Below are positions 20,583 to 30,759 of a stretch of 64,000 nucleotides of DNA, in pieces (the first letter of the stretch is position 1; each line of letters opens with the position of its first letter). A program made the translations under genes and the position numbers. The DNA is from Promethearchaeota archaeon. GTDB lineage: Archaea > Asgardarchaeota > Lokiarchaeia > Sigyniarchaeales > SOKP01. The DNA lies in assembly GCA_019058245.1 (NCBI GenBank), contig JAHPZJ010000013.1, forward strand, positions 361,166 to 425,165. The letters are read 5' to 3'. The notes beneath the pieces were generated by a model that worked only from the letters and a program-made list of their open reading frames with translations, was not told the origin of the DNA and ran no database searches.

Positions 20583-20875
20583 TAAATCGAATTAATTATT
20601 AATAAATAAATCGTTGATTAGAATTACTAATTTCCCAAGATGAAATAAACGTAGTAAAATCCATAGATGAATTAAAGGAGATAGTTATTAAAAAAATAAA
20701 AAATTTTGGGTATAGAAAAAATCATTCTATTTCTTTATTTTAAGAAAGTTTTTTAACCAATTATTTAAAGATTAAGTGTTAATCCTTCTTATCCTATATC
20801 CAGAATCTTTTATATGAGAATTCATAAAAAGATTCTACAATATTAGTGTGATAACTAATAAATCGAATTAATTAT
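20583..20875. repeat. 17-bp direct repeat plus hairpin in a divergent intergenic region
   Basis: TAAATCGAATTAATTAT at 20583-99 and 20859-75; 15-bp stem with one bulge at 20802-20836. Confidence 0.4.
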
Positions 20876-21048
20876 GTGGGTTAATTATCAGTGATCTTTT
20901 TTTAGAATTTGATAATAATAGTATCTAATAGAAATATTTAAATAATTGATTTAATATTTTCTTTAATTGATATTATATTAAAATTAAATTTTCTCAAAGT
21001 ACTAATAAAAAAGAGGTTAAATTAAAAAAAAAAATAGAGGATATTAAA

Positions 21049-21144
21049 ATGGTAAATAAAAAAAGTTTAGAAGATGATTGGGATGATGACGACGATGGGG
21101 ATAATGATGGCGATTGGGAAGATGAGGATTTAGATGATTATTAG
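21049..21144 (+). CDS. 31-aa hyperacidic Trp-containing peptide
   Basis: MVNKKSLEDDWDDDDDGDNDGDWEDEDLDDY*; AGAGGA SD just upstream; G-rich GAT/GAC periodicity stands out from the AT-rich flanks. Confidence 0.6.
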   Translation: MVNKKSLEDDWDDDDDGDNDGDWEDEDLDDY

Positions 21145-21233
21145 ATTCTAAAGTCATATTATAAAAAAATAAATAGATTTTTTAAATCTCCGAAATTAAT
21201 TCCTCTTTAGTAAACACAAAAATTAGCTAAATA

Positions 21234-23315
21234 CTATTTGGATCCCCATTCCTCATTTAGAAATTCAATTACTTTTAATGGATCTGAAGTTGGAGATTTA
21301 CAAGTTTTATTTATACATACATAAGCTGTAGGCCTACTTTCTATATCATAAAAAAATTCAACAAAATTAGAATAGTTATCAATTTCAGGAACTTTTTGTT
21401 CCATTTTTCTTAATATAAATACTTTATTAGGAATATATTCATTTGAAATTGTACTTATTAGTTTTTTTGTATATTCCGCGTCTGAATTACCTGCTATAAC
21501 TAATGAATATGTAGGACCAATTGCAAAATTAACAGCAACTAAAAATTGAGTATATACTAAAGGATTCAACTTAACTTTATCAGCAAATACTCTGCTTAAA
21601 ATATCTGCTTTTTCTTCTAATTCATGATTTCCTGTAACAATACTCAATCTTAATAAGTTCAACATCGCGATAGAATTACCTGAAGGAATAGCTCCATCGT
21701 ATATTTCTTTTTGTCTAGTTAGTAGACTTTCGCTATTGTTAGAAGTAAAATAAAAACCCCCTATGTTTTCATCCCAAAAATCCTCAATTTGGATTTTATG
21801 CAATTCTAAAGCAGTTTTTAAATAAAAAATATCAAAAGTTGCTTCATATAATTCTATGAGCCCCCAAATTAAAAAGGCATAATCATTTAAATAGCCTTGA
21901 ATTTCTGAAGAACCATCCTTATATCTATGTAATAATCGCCCATTAACTTCGCGCTGATGAGATAATAAAAAATTTAAAGAATTTTTCGCAACATTTAAAT
22001 ATGAAGTATCTTGGAATGCTATAGAACCTTTGGCTAAAGCTGCAATCATTAGGCCATTCCAATCTGTTAAAATTTTATCATCCTTGTGAGGGTGAATCCG
22101 CTTTTTTCTCAAATTAAGTAGTTTTTTACGGACTTTTTCTATTCCATCTTCAATTTCTTCGGCAGGAATACTTTTCAGATGAATTATATTTCTCCCTACT
22201 TTTTTCCCAGAAGATTCTTCTAAGTAATTACCAGATTGCTCAATATTGAAAACTTCAATAGCTAATTTTAACTCTTCCTCTCCTAAAATATTTTCTAATT
22301 CCTCTTTTGACCAAGTATAATATTTACCTTCTTCTCCTTCACTATCAGCATCTTCAGCAGAAAAAAAACCATCTTCCGGTGATTTCATATCTCTTATAAC
22401 ATATTCAAATATTTCCTGAGCAGATTTCTTATAAATGTTTTTTTTAGTAGCTTGATAAGTCTCAATATAAGCTATTGCAATTAACGCTTGATCATAAAGC
22501 ATTTTCTCGAAATGAGGAACAAGCCATTTTGAATCTGTGGAATATCTATGAAATCCAAATCCAATATGATCATATATACCTCCTTTTCTCATTGATAGAA
22601 GAGTATTTTCAACCATTTCTAGTGCTTTTTTATTACCTGTACGTTTCCAATACCGTAGTAAAAATAGAAGATTATGAGGAGTTGGAAATTTCGGGCGATC
22701 TCCAAAACCTCCATTAAAAGAATCGTATTGTATAGATAGCTGTTGGAATGTTTTTTTGAGAATTTTCTCAGTAATCTTATCACCTGGGGATTCTTGATCT
22801 ATATTTTGAAGGCTGAAAGTAATTTTTTCAGCAGAATCCAATAACTCTGATCTTTGGTTATTCCATAAATCTTTAATACGTTTAATTAGATCTATTAAGC
22901 CTATTCGTCCAAATCGAGTCTGTTTCGGAAAGTATGTTCCAGCAAAAAATGGTTTTTTATCAGGAGTCATAATTATCGTAAGTGGCCATCCTCCTGATCC
23001 TGTCATCAGTTGACATACCGTCATATATATATTATCTATATCTGGACGTTCTTCTCTATCAACTTTTATTGAAATAAATATTTTATTCATCAATTCAGCA
23101 ACATCTTTATCTTCAAAAGATTCATGTGCCATAACATGACACCAATGACAAGTTGAATATCCTATTGATAAAAATATCGGTTTATCTTCTTGATAGGCTT
23201 TATTAAAAGCTTCTTCTCCCCATGGATACCAATCCACAGGATTCTTAGCGTGTTGAATTAGATAGGGACTTTTTTCATTAATTAATTTATTATACTCAAT
23301 CTCCATCATAAACAC
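21234..23315 (-). CDS. Thioredoxin-domain protein of the YyaL/SPATA20 (DUF255) family
   Basis: [70 protein letters not shown]. Confidence 0.93.
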   Translation of the reverse strand: MFMMEIEYNKLINEKSPYLIQHAKNPVDWYPWGEEAFNKAYQEDKPIFLSIGYSTCHWCHVMAHESFEDKDVAELMNKIFISIKVDREERPDIDNIYMTVCQLMTGSGGWPLTIIMTPDKKPFFAGTYFPKQTRFGRIGLIDLIKRIKDLWNNQRSELLDSAEKITFSLQNIDQESPGDKITEKILKKTFQQLSIQYDSFNGGFGDRPKFPTPHNLLFLLRYWKRTGNKKALEMVENTLLSMRKGGIYDHIGFGFHRYSTDSKWLVPHFEKMLYDQALIAIAYIETYQATKKNIYKKSAQEIFEYVIRDMKSPEDGFFSAEDADSEGEEGKYYTWSKEELENILGEEELKLAIEVFNIEQSGNYLEESSGKKVGRNIIHLKSIPAEEIEDGIEKVRKKLLNLRKKRIHPHKDDKILTDWNGLMIAALAKGSIAFQDTSYLNVAKNSLNFLLSHQREVNGRLLHRYKDGSSEIQGYLNDYAFLIWGLIELYEATFDIFYLKTALELHKIQIEDFWDENIGGFYFTSNNSESLLTRQKEIYDGAIPSGNSIAMLNLLRLSIVTGNHELEEKADILSRVFADKVKLNPLVYTQFLVAVNFAIGPTYSLVIAGNSDAEYTKKLISTISNEYIPNKVFILRKMEQKVPEIDNYSNFVEFFYDIESRPTAYVCINKTCKSPTSDPLKVIEFLNEEWGSK
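23213..23275. repeat. Left copy of a 63-bp imperfect direct repeat (within the yyaL 5' end)
   Basis: Ungapped match to 26298-26360; 52/63 identical by manual count. Confidence 0.85.
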
Positions 23316-23882
23316 GTATTATTAATAAATTGAAAATATATGTAAATCGCTTTTATAAACTATTAAATTTCCTAAAAATAATCTTAATTTTATGAATAAA
23401 AAGCTAACTATCAATTGTAATTTATAAGAAATAATATATTAATTTGTATAACTTAAACCTAGTTAAATTTAAACTTAATTTCTTCTAATTTATTTGATTT
23501 ATAGATTAATCAATCACCATTTATTAAAAAATACTAACTATAACTAAAAAAACTAACTTTATAATAAATCATTAAATTATCACTCTTCTTATTTAAAAGG
23601 AAGTTGAACTTAATTATAATATTCAAAAACCTTTTAATAGTTATCATAGATTTATTTTTATAATTTATGTATATTAGTGAACATTATTCACTCACATCAA
23701 CATATTATTAACAACTTAATAAGAGTATTAAAATATAGATATTTTATCATTCTTATATTCTAATTTCATTGAGAAGAGGTTAGTTGACTCAGAATGTTTC
23801 CATCTCTTTTTAGATATATTTATAAGTATTCATGCTTATAATATGATTAAGAAGAATTTTTTATTAAAAAGGATTCAATAAA

Positions 23883-25226
23883 ATGAATGAAGTCACAATA
23901 CCTTATGTTCAGATTACGCAGGTTAATGAAACTATTAAAGAATTTCCAAAAGAAAAAAATTGTACTAGAGATGAGTTATCTAATCGATTTGGTCAAAGCA
24001 AAATATCCAATATAATTCCCACGTTAGAAATCCTAAAACTTATAGATTATGATAAAGAAAATGGAGTTTTATCATTATCTAATCTAGGCAAAAATTATAA
24101 AATTGCTCTTATCACTGGCAGTGATGACGAGGCTGGGAGAATGTTAAAGCCTATTGTTATGAATTTGGAGTTTATAAAATTGATATATAATTTGTTAGAA
24201 AGAAAAAAAATGTTAACAAATGAAGAAATTGGAAAACATATCGCATATAAGTATTCAAAAGATTGGTCTACAAAATCTATGAGAGCTTATGGAGGATCAA
24301 TAGGAAGCATTCTTGGATTTTGTAGATTAGGTATATATTCGAGAGGAACAATAAGAATATCAACTAATACTTTTAATAATAAAAAAATACCTTTCTATCC
24401 CACAACAGGATTTAATAAAATCTTCAGAATTACTAAACTCATTTATGATTTTAAAGAAGCAGAATTGGATGACTTAGAAAAGTCTTTAGGAAAAAATGTA
24501 GGTAATGATTTAGGACCATGTATTGAGCTCGAATTGATAGAAAGACTAGCACCAAAAGTTTATACAATCACCGATAAGGGTGCTGAGCTTGTTAATATTT
24601 TTAATAAAGAAAAAATTTCAGAAAACTGGAAAAATATTTTATTTGAAAGCAAATATGGAGATTATATAATAGAATTAGAAGGAAAAACAATTAACATGGA
24701 AATCTTAGGTGAATTTTTGAATAACAAATTAGGAGGGAGTTGGAAATCAAAAATGACAGCAATTACATACGCAAAGAAATTTAATACATGGCTTAAAGCT
24801 GCTGAACTTGTCGAAAAAAAAGGAAAAGGTGAATACTTTGTTAAAAAAGGTGATAATAACTTAAATATAGCTGAATTGATTTCAGAATCTTCTGATAATA
24901 AAAGTCTGAATAATATAGTAAAAATAACAGAAAGTACTAAAAACTTACAAAAAGTCAATGATGGGAAGGTTAATGATGAAAATTTAAAACCTTTTGGCAT
25001 AAAAAATAAAAACATTTTTCAATTGATAGTATTTTTTGCTAGTCAATTAAATTCTGCAGAAATATCTTTAGATGAAATATCACAGATTATATATCAAGAT
25101 AAAGATTTGAGCCATACAAAAATAGCTTTTGAAATATTGAAAAATGATATAAAAAAGAATTTAATTGAACAAGATAAATTACATATTCTTTTAAAAGCAA
25201 TAATGCAAGATTTGAATATAATATAA
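23883..25226 (+). CDS. Protein with two tandem bipartite winged-helix modules (AAA-associated-domain-like)
   Basis: Internal repeat: TLEILKLI...LSNLGKNY vs PCIELELI...ITDKGAEL, and EEIGKHI...W...AY vs EILGEFL...W...TY. Confidence 0.6.
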   Translation: MNEVTIPYVQITQVNETIKEFPKEKNCTRDELSNRFGQSKISNIIPTLEILKLIDYDKENGVLSLSNLGKNYKIALITGSDDEAGRMLKPIVMNLEFIKLIYNLLERKKMLTNEEIGKHIAYKYSKDWSTKSMRAYGGSIGSILGFCRLGIYSRGTIRISTNTFNNKKIPFYPTTGFNKIFRITKLIYDFKEAELDDLEKSLGKNVGNDLGPCIELELIERLAPKVYTITDKGAELVNIFNKEKISENWKNILFESKYGDYIIELEGKTINMEILGEFLNNKLGGSWKSKMTAITYAKKFNTWLKAAELVEKKGKGEYFVKKGDNNLNIAELISESSDNKSLNNIVKITESTKNLQKVNDGKVNDENLKPFGIKNKNIFQLIVFFASQLNSAEISLDEISQIIYQDKDLSHTKIAFEILKNDIKKNLIEQDKLHILLKAIMQDLNII

Positions 25227-25241
25227 TAATAGATTAAATTT

Positions 25242-26168
25242 TTGAATAATATGGATCAGATACATTTAAGGCCCGTTAGTATACAATTAATGAAAAATAT
25301 TGTCAGATGTATCTTCTTTGGTCAGAGAAATAGGTCTATATTACCTATAGAGAAAATAGGTATAATTTTAAATAAAAGTCTTAAGTCAATTAAAAATGGA
25401 ATTTTTATGTTAAAAGAATTAAAAATTTTATTAGATTATCAAAACTTTCAATTGAATGAAGAAGTATATGAAAAATTGAATAATAATTGTCTAGTAGAAA
25501 AGATTTTATTTGAATATATTTCAAGATTTCCATTATTTTCTGAATATCTTTATTTACTTAGAAGAAAATTGCAAGATGTTGAACCTTCGATTTTATTGAA
25601 AAATATATTTAATTTAAAAATATCTGAGAACGTAATCAAATCAACATTTAATGGTTGGATTAAATTTTTTGAAATTGAAATAGAACAAAATACAGCAAAT
25701 GAATTATTAACTCCTATTAAATCAATAAAGGATGAAACAATGGCTATTTTATTTATCAGAGAAAATTTATACCATAATTTATCGATAATCCCTAAAACTG
25801 TCATAAATGATTTGATTGAAGGTATAATAAATGCAGAAAATCATCCTGATAATTCATTAACTGATACTGGACGTGCAATAGAAAATTTTTTAAGAATAAA
25901 TTATGGAAAAATTATCGATTTAAAAAATTGCAATGGGATTACTCAAATTTCTAATAAACTACGTGGACATAAAATGATATCACGTAAACATCATAACATA
26001 TTAGTTGGACTTGGTTCGATTAGATCTATAGGCGACGCTCATGGTTTAGATAAAGAAGAAAACAAGCTATGGGAAGTATCGAAAAATTCAGCACTACTTT
26101 TTTCTGCTCTTACAATTAAAACTATTAATAGCATTCAAAACTATAATGATGGTTCTCTTTCATTTTAA
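25242..26168 (+). CDS. wHTH module plus C-terminal HEPN/Abi_C-like domain
   Basis: C-terminal GRAIENFLR (conserved-Glu helix) and IRSIGDAHG (R-x5-H, like Abi_C RNxxxxAHG); 15 bp after the upstream gene. Confidence 0.65.
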   Translation: MNNMDQIHLRPVSIQLMKNIVRCIFFGQRNRSILPIEKIGIILNKSLKSIKNGIFMLKELKILLDYQNFQLNEEVYEKLNNNCLVEKILFEYISRFPLFSEYLYLLRRKLQDVEPSILLKNIFNLKISENVIKSTFNGWIKFFEIEIEQNTANELLTPIKSIKDETMAILFIRENLYHNLSIIPKTVINDLIEGIINAENHPDNSLTDTGRAIENFLRINYGKIIDLKNCNGITQISNKLRGHKMISRKHHNILVGLGSIRSIGDAHGLDKEENKLWEVSKNSALLFSALTIKTINSIQNYNDGSLSF

Positions 26169-26297
26169 AATTTGTAAAATAATATTGATTACTTAAATAT
26201 ATAATTGACCTAAAATTAGAAACGAAAAAGAATAAATTTATTAATTAAAATATTGTATAAATAAATTTGCCTACTACTTATTCTTCAATGATAGTCA

Positions 26298-26376
26298 CTT
26301 CTCCCTATGCATACTAATCTATGGGATTCTTAGCGCACTGAATTAAATAAGGACTTTTTTTATTTGATAATTCCCT
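26298..26376 (-). pseudogene. Decayed duplicate of the yyaL 5' end (right repeat copy)
   Basis: Reads RELSNKKSPYLIQCAKNPID*YA*GE against the intact [26 protein letters not shown]. Both Trp codons have become TAG. It directly follows the nitroreductase stop. Confidence 0.85.
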
Positions 26377-26946
26377 TCATTTTAAAAACTTATTATCGTA
26401 CACATTTAAATACACAAAATCTTCTATTTTTTTTCTAGGTGGTCGTTGTTTTTCTCCTAATTTCATTTTTTCAGATAAAACAGGATTAATAGTTTTTGAA
26501 TGTTTACCAACAATTACAAGCGTAATTAATCTCATACCAGATGGAATTTTAAGAATTTTTTTAGCTTGATCTTCATTAAAACCAGCTATTGGATGAGCAA
26601 TCAATCCCAGTTCGGTTGCTCGTAATATAATAAATGCTATAGCCATTCCTGTATCAAATAAATAATATAAACGATTACCAATTATACAATCATTTTCAGG
26701 TTTACTAAATACAGCAATAATCATGGAAGCTTTTTCAACCCATTTATTTCCTTCCGATAATATCGAAAATAATCTATCTAATTGCTCATTCTCATTAACA
26801 AAAATGAGTCTCCATGGTTGTTTATTAGCACATGATGGTGCAATTTGGGCTTTTTCAGCTAAGTCTTTTATTAAATCATCTGAAACATCAAATAAGTCGA
26901 GGGAACGATAAGCCCTCCTTTTTTTAATTGCCTCATTAACATTCAT
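26377..26946 (-). CDS. Nitroreductase family protein
   Basis: AIKKRRAYR, APSCANKQPW, DTGMA...LRATELGL.AHPIAGF. Likely start is ATG 26946 (track: 26976). Confidence 0.9.
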   Translation of the reverse strand: MNVNEAIKKRRAYRSLDLFDVSDDLIKDLAEKAQIAPSCANKQPWRLIFVNENEQLDRLFSILSEGNKWVEKASMIIAVFSKPENDCIIGNRLYYLFDTGMAIAFIILRATELGLIAHPIAGFNEDQAKKILKIPSGMRLITLVIVGKHSKTINPVLSEKMKLGEKQRPPRKKIEDFVYLNVYDNKFLK

Positions 26947-27001
26947 TTTTTGATCACTTATTAATTTCAATAACACTATAAAAAATAAAATAAAAATATA
27001 A

Positions 27002-27487
27002 CTAATTCGTTAATTCTTTTAATGCTCTCTCAACATCTTCAGGATGTCCTTTGACAGATACTTTAGGCCAAATATGTGCTATTTTCCCTTCAGGATCTAT
27101 CAAAAAAGTGCTTCTAATAACACCTATATATTCTTTTCCTCTGAATTTATTCTTTCCCCATTTACCATATTTTTTGATTACCTTTTTGTCAACATCACTC
27201 AATAAAATAACACTTAGATTTTTCTTTTCAATAAATTTTGCGTGAGATTCAGGTGTATCGGGACTAATGCCGATAACTACGGCATCTAATTTTTGTAGCG
27301 CTGGTAACATTCCTGTGAACCCAATAGCTTCGGTAGTGCATCCTGGAGTATTATCTTTTGGGTAAAAATATAGTATAACATACTTTCCTTTAAAATCTTT
27401 TAAAGAAATTAGTTTATTATCTTTATCTGGAAGACTAAATTCAGGAGCATTAGTTCCTACTTTTAATTCAAGTACTTGTTGGACCAT
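27002..27487 (-). CDS. bcp: Peroxiredoxin BCP/PrxQ (1-Cys type)
   Basis: LYFYPKDNTPGCTTEA; GISPD; RSTFLID; V.VKGH. Confidence 0.92.
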   Translation of the reverse strand: MVQQVLELKVGTNAPEFSLPDKDNKLISLKDFKGKYVILYFYPKDNTPGCTTEAIGFTGMLPALQKLDAVVIGISPDTPESHAKFIEKKNLSVILLSDVDKKVIKKYGKWGKNKFRGKEYIGVIRSTFLIDPEGKIAHIWPKVSVKGHPEDVERALKELTN

Positions 27488-27705
27488 TGTTTATACAACT
27501 TATTTATTTTCGTTTTTTTGGATTATAAATTATTATAATTAGATATTTTTTTGAAATTATCAATATAAGGATTATAATCTATTAGATTTCCGTAAAAATA
27601 GTTTAACAAACTAATCTTTAAAAACATTAAAATTAATAAATTATAAAACCAAGTGATAGATTACTTTTTATGAATAGCTTTTACTAAAGTATAAGAGTTA
27701 ACAAA

Positions 27706-28131
27706 TTGACCGAAAAATTAAAGGAATATACTGTGGTTGAAAAGATACCCGTTCGCTGGGGCGATATGGATGCTAGAGGCCATGTAAATAATACCATCTA
27801 TTATCGTTATTTTGAGAGTACTCGGATTGCATTATTTCGATTCTTCGATATTTATGAAGAACCTACAGCTGCCACTATTGGTCCTATATTATCTTATCAA
27901 GATTGTTACTATAAAGCACCATTGACGTATCCGGACACTGTATATGTAGGAGCAAAAATATCTAACATAGAAGGTTCAAAGATAAAAATAAAGCATTCTA
28001 TATTTAGTGAGAAATTAAATAGAATTGTTGCTGAAGGAGAAGCTCATATTATTTGGTATAACTATAAAAACAAACAAAAAGTAAAAATTTCAGAAAATCA
28101 AAAGGACAAACTATTAGGAATTAAAAAATAA
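27706..28131 (+). CDS. Hotdog-fold acyl-CoA thioesterase (4HBT/YbgC-like)
   Basis: VRWGDMDARGHVNNTIYYRYFESTR; YKAPLTYPD. Confidence 0.9.
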   Translation: MTEKLKEYTVVEKIPVRWGDMDARGHVNNTIYYRYFESTRIALFRFFDIYEEPTAATIGPILSYQDCYYKAPLTYPDTVYVGAKISNIEGSKIKIKHSIFSEKLNRIVAEGEAHIIWYNYKNKQKVKISENQKDKLLGIKK

Positions 28132-28260
28132 GGTTAAAAAAAATAGAAGTTTTTCAAAATTCAATAAATTAGAAAATTTTAGTGAATACCTTTCTTTAAT
28201 TAATTATATATTAGATGAAGAAATAATAGTATAGAGTAGAAAATATTGATGTGAAAAAAT

Positions 28261-29235
28261 ATGATTAAAACAAAAGTAACTGAAATGTTAGGATGTAAAT
28301 ATCCAATAATTGTAGGAACAATGGCTAATATTACTAATCCAGAATTTGTAGCTGCATGTAGCAATGCGGGTTCTTGTGCTGTGTTAGCCAGTGCGAATTA
28401 TAAAACTCCTGACGAATTACGTGAAGCAATCAGAAAAACAAAATCATTAACAAATCAATCTTTTGCTGTAAATATAAATTTATTTCCTGCCTTAATGCCA
28501 CAAGACAAATTAGAGGATTATGTTGAAGTAACTTTAGAGGAAGGAGCAAAAATTATTGAAACAAGCGGTCATAAAGCTCCAGAACATCTAGTGCCTAAAT
28601 TTAAAGATGGTGGTGCTATATGGATTCATAAATGTGCTGGTGTTAAATATGCAATAAAAGGAGCTTCATTGGGGGCTGATTTGATAACAGTAGTAGGATA
28701 TGAAAATGGAGGTGCAACTGGAATTTTAGATATTGGAACTCTCGTAATGGTACCAAGTGTAGTAGATGCTTTGAATATTCCTGTAATCGCAGGTGGAGGA
28801 GTTTCAGATGGGAGAGGAGTTGCAGCTATTTTAGCACTTGGCGCTGAAGGTGTAATTATGGGTACAAGGATGATGGCAACAAAAGAATGCCCTATCCATG
28901 ATAATTTAAAACAGGCATTAGTTAAGGCAAGTGAAACTGATACATCTTTAGTTATGAGGTCGATTCGCAATACTCATAGAGTATGGAGAAACAAAGCTGC
29001 GGAAAAGATCATTGAATTAGAATCAAAAAAGGCATCTCTCAAGGAGATCGTACAAGTAGCTTCAGGTCAAAATGCTTTAAAAATGTATAAAGAAGGAGAT
29101 CTTGACGTAGGGATGGTAAGTTGTGGTCAAGGTGTAGGAATAGTAAAGGATATTCCTACGGTAAAAGAGTTATTGGATCGAATAATGAAGGAAGCAGAAC
29201 AAGTAATCCAGAAATTAGAAAATATTTCAAATTAA
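28261..29235 (+). CDS. Nitronate monooxygenase / FabK-like FMN oxidoreductase
   Basis: KYPII.G.M; G.E.GG; PVIAGGGVSDGRG; LGAEGV.MGTR; GQGVG. Confidence 0.88.
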   Translation: MIKTKVTEMLGCKYPIIVGTMANITNPEFVAACSNAGSCAVLASANYKTPDELREAIRKTKSLTNQSFAVNINLFPALMPQDKLEDYVEVTLEEGAKIIETSGHKAPEHLVPKFKDGGAIWIHKCAGVKYAIKGASLGADLITVVGYENGGATGILDIGTLVMVPSVVDALNIPVIAGGGVSDGRGVAAILALGAEGVIMGTRMMATKECPIHDNLKQALVKASETDTSLVMRSIRNTHRVWRNKAAEKIIELESKKASLKEIVQVASGQNALKMYKEGDLDVGMVSCGQGVGIVKDIPTVKELLDRIMKEAEQVIQKLENISN

Positions 29236-29244
29236 AATTTGAAA

Positions 29245-30732
29245 TTAAGGATCATTCCTAAAGGGGTGTCTAGCATTTTCTACGTTTTCAATCCCATCAT
29301 CTACAGTTGGTAGTCCTTCCATTGCTTTTCGGATTGCATTACGAGTCGCTTTATAATTATTGATAAATACTCTTTTTCTTGCGCTAGCACTTGGATGTAC
29401 AAAAGCATTCACAATTATTACTAACTCCTCAGCTAGTGCCTTTGGAAGAATTCCATCTTCAATACAATGCATCACTGCCTTAGCAATTGCTGCTTGAGCA
29501 GGTCCATATGTAAGGCTCGCATGACGAAGTGATGTCGGACGTACGGTAGGGATCATAATAGTAGGCGGTTTTACTTGCATGTTTGGTTCAAGAATAACTT
29601 GAAGTCCTTCGCGTCCTTCTTCTGGATTAGTTAAAGCTTGAGCATAAGCAGTACCAACAGGTCCATCTTTTTTCCCAATTAATAGGTCAATATGAGCAAG
29701 CTCTGCTCGTTCTCCTACAAGTGATTCCCCTACTTTTAATTCGAAATCAGTAATTTTTTTAGGTGTAATTCCAACGGCATAAAATCGACTAGTTAATGGT
29801 TTTTCTCCAAGCTCAAATTGAATTTCTGATTTTTCGATTAATCCTAATTTTTCAAGTTCAACTCGTAATTCGTCTTTAATTTCATAAGAAAGAGTATCTC
29901 CTAAAATAATAGGTTGACGAGTTTTTCCTACAGGTACTTTCATCATATTTAAACAAGATTTTACTCCCAAAGCACCTGAATTTATCAAAAGTCTTGCCAA
30001 TTTCTGTATTTTTTTTTGAAGGATTTGAGCTTCTTCTAAACGATTATTTTTCACGTGATTATAAATTTCAATCCAAATATTTGGAATTACATTTGCTGAG
30101 CCTAAAATACATCCTGCTGCACCCCCTGCTAGAGCCCCCAAAACGTTTTCATCCCAACCTATAAGAACTGAAATCTTATCACTAACCTTTTCTAATAAAG
30201 CTGAAAAATATTTATAATCTCCACTTGAATCTTTAATGCCTACAATATTTTCGATATCTACAAGATCTTCAACAACCGTCCAAGGTAATTCTACTCCTGT
30301 ACAAATTGGAATATTATATAAAATAATGGGAATGTCTGTTTTTTCTGCGATAGTAAAATAGTGATCATATAATCCTTTCGCTTTTGGTTTTAAAAAATAA
30401 GGAGTAACAATTAAAACAGCATCAGCACCAATATCAGTTGCTGCTTTAGTATTATTAATTACTAATTTAGTTCCAGTATCGCCAGTTCCCGCGATAACAG
30501 GGACTCTACCATTTGTTTCATCTACGACAATTTTAATAACCTTTAAGCGTTCTTCAATGGTCATATTTACAAATTCTCCCGTAGTTCCAACGGGAACTAA
30601 TCCTGATACTCCTTGATCAATAAGATGATTTACAAGATTTCTTATATTCTCTTCATTTATAGATTCATCCTTATTAAAGGGAGTTACCATGGCAGGCATA
30701 ACTCCCGAAGGTCGAAAATTGAATTTAGACAT
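29245..30732 (-). CDS. Fusion of a DapA/NAL-family class I aldolase and a formaldehyde-activating enzyme (Fae) domain
   Basis: Residues 1-295: VTPF, GTTGE, TPYF, LYNIP, GIKDSSG (Schiff-base Lys). Residues ~330-495: VGESLVG...AHIDLLIG...GPVG.A...GPAQAAIAKAV...NYKATR.AI..A...HPF, which is the Fae signature. Confidence 0.9.
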   Translation of the reverse strand: MSKFNFRPSGVMPAMVTPFNKDESINEENIRNLVNHLIDQGVSGLVPVGTTGEFVNMTIEERLKVIKIVVDETNGRVPVIAGTGDTGTKLVINNTKAATDIGADAVLIVTPYFLKPKAKGLYDHYFTIAEKTDIPIILYNIPICTGVELPWTVVEDLVDIENIVGIKDSSGDYKYFSALLEKVSDKISVLIGWDENVLGALAGGAAGCILGSANVIPNIWIEIYNHVKNNRLEEAQILQKKIQKLARLLINSGALGVKSCLNMMKVPVGKTRQPIILGDTLSYEIKDELRVELEKLGLIEKSEIQFELGEKPLTSRFYAVGITPKKITDFELKVGESLVGERAELAHIDLLIGKKDGPVGTAYAQALTNPEEGREGLQVILEPNMQVKPPTIMIPTVRPTSLRHASLTYGPAQAAIAKAVMHCIEDGILPKALAEELVIIVNAFVHPSASARKRVFINNYKATRNAIRKAMEGLPTVDDGIENVENARHPFRNDP

Positions 30733-30759
30733 TTTTTATTAACTCCTTTCAAGTAAGTC

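Larger units (their letters stand above)
23276..26360. mobile_element. Small integrated island (two cargo genes, no integrase) bounded by the yyaL 5'-end duplication
   Basis: Direct repeats at both ends; cargo on the opposite strand splits a co-oriented bcp-nitroreductase-yyaL string; very AT-rich. Confidence 0.55.

Noticed and set aside
29245-30732. Gene symbol dapA
   Set aside because: The DHDPS-specific Arg is missing, the protein is fused to Fae, and no lysine-pathway genes are nearby.
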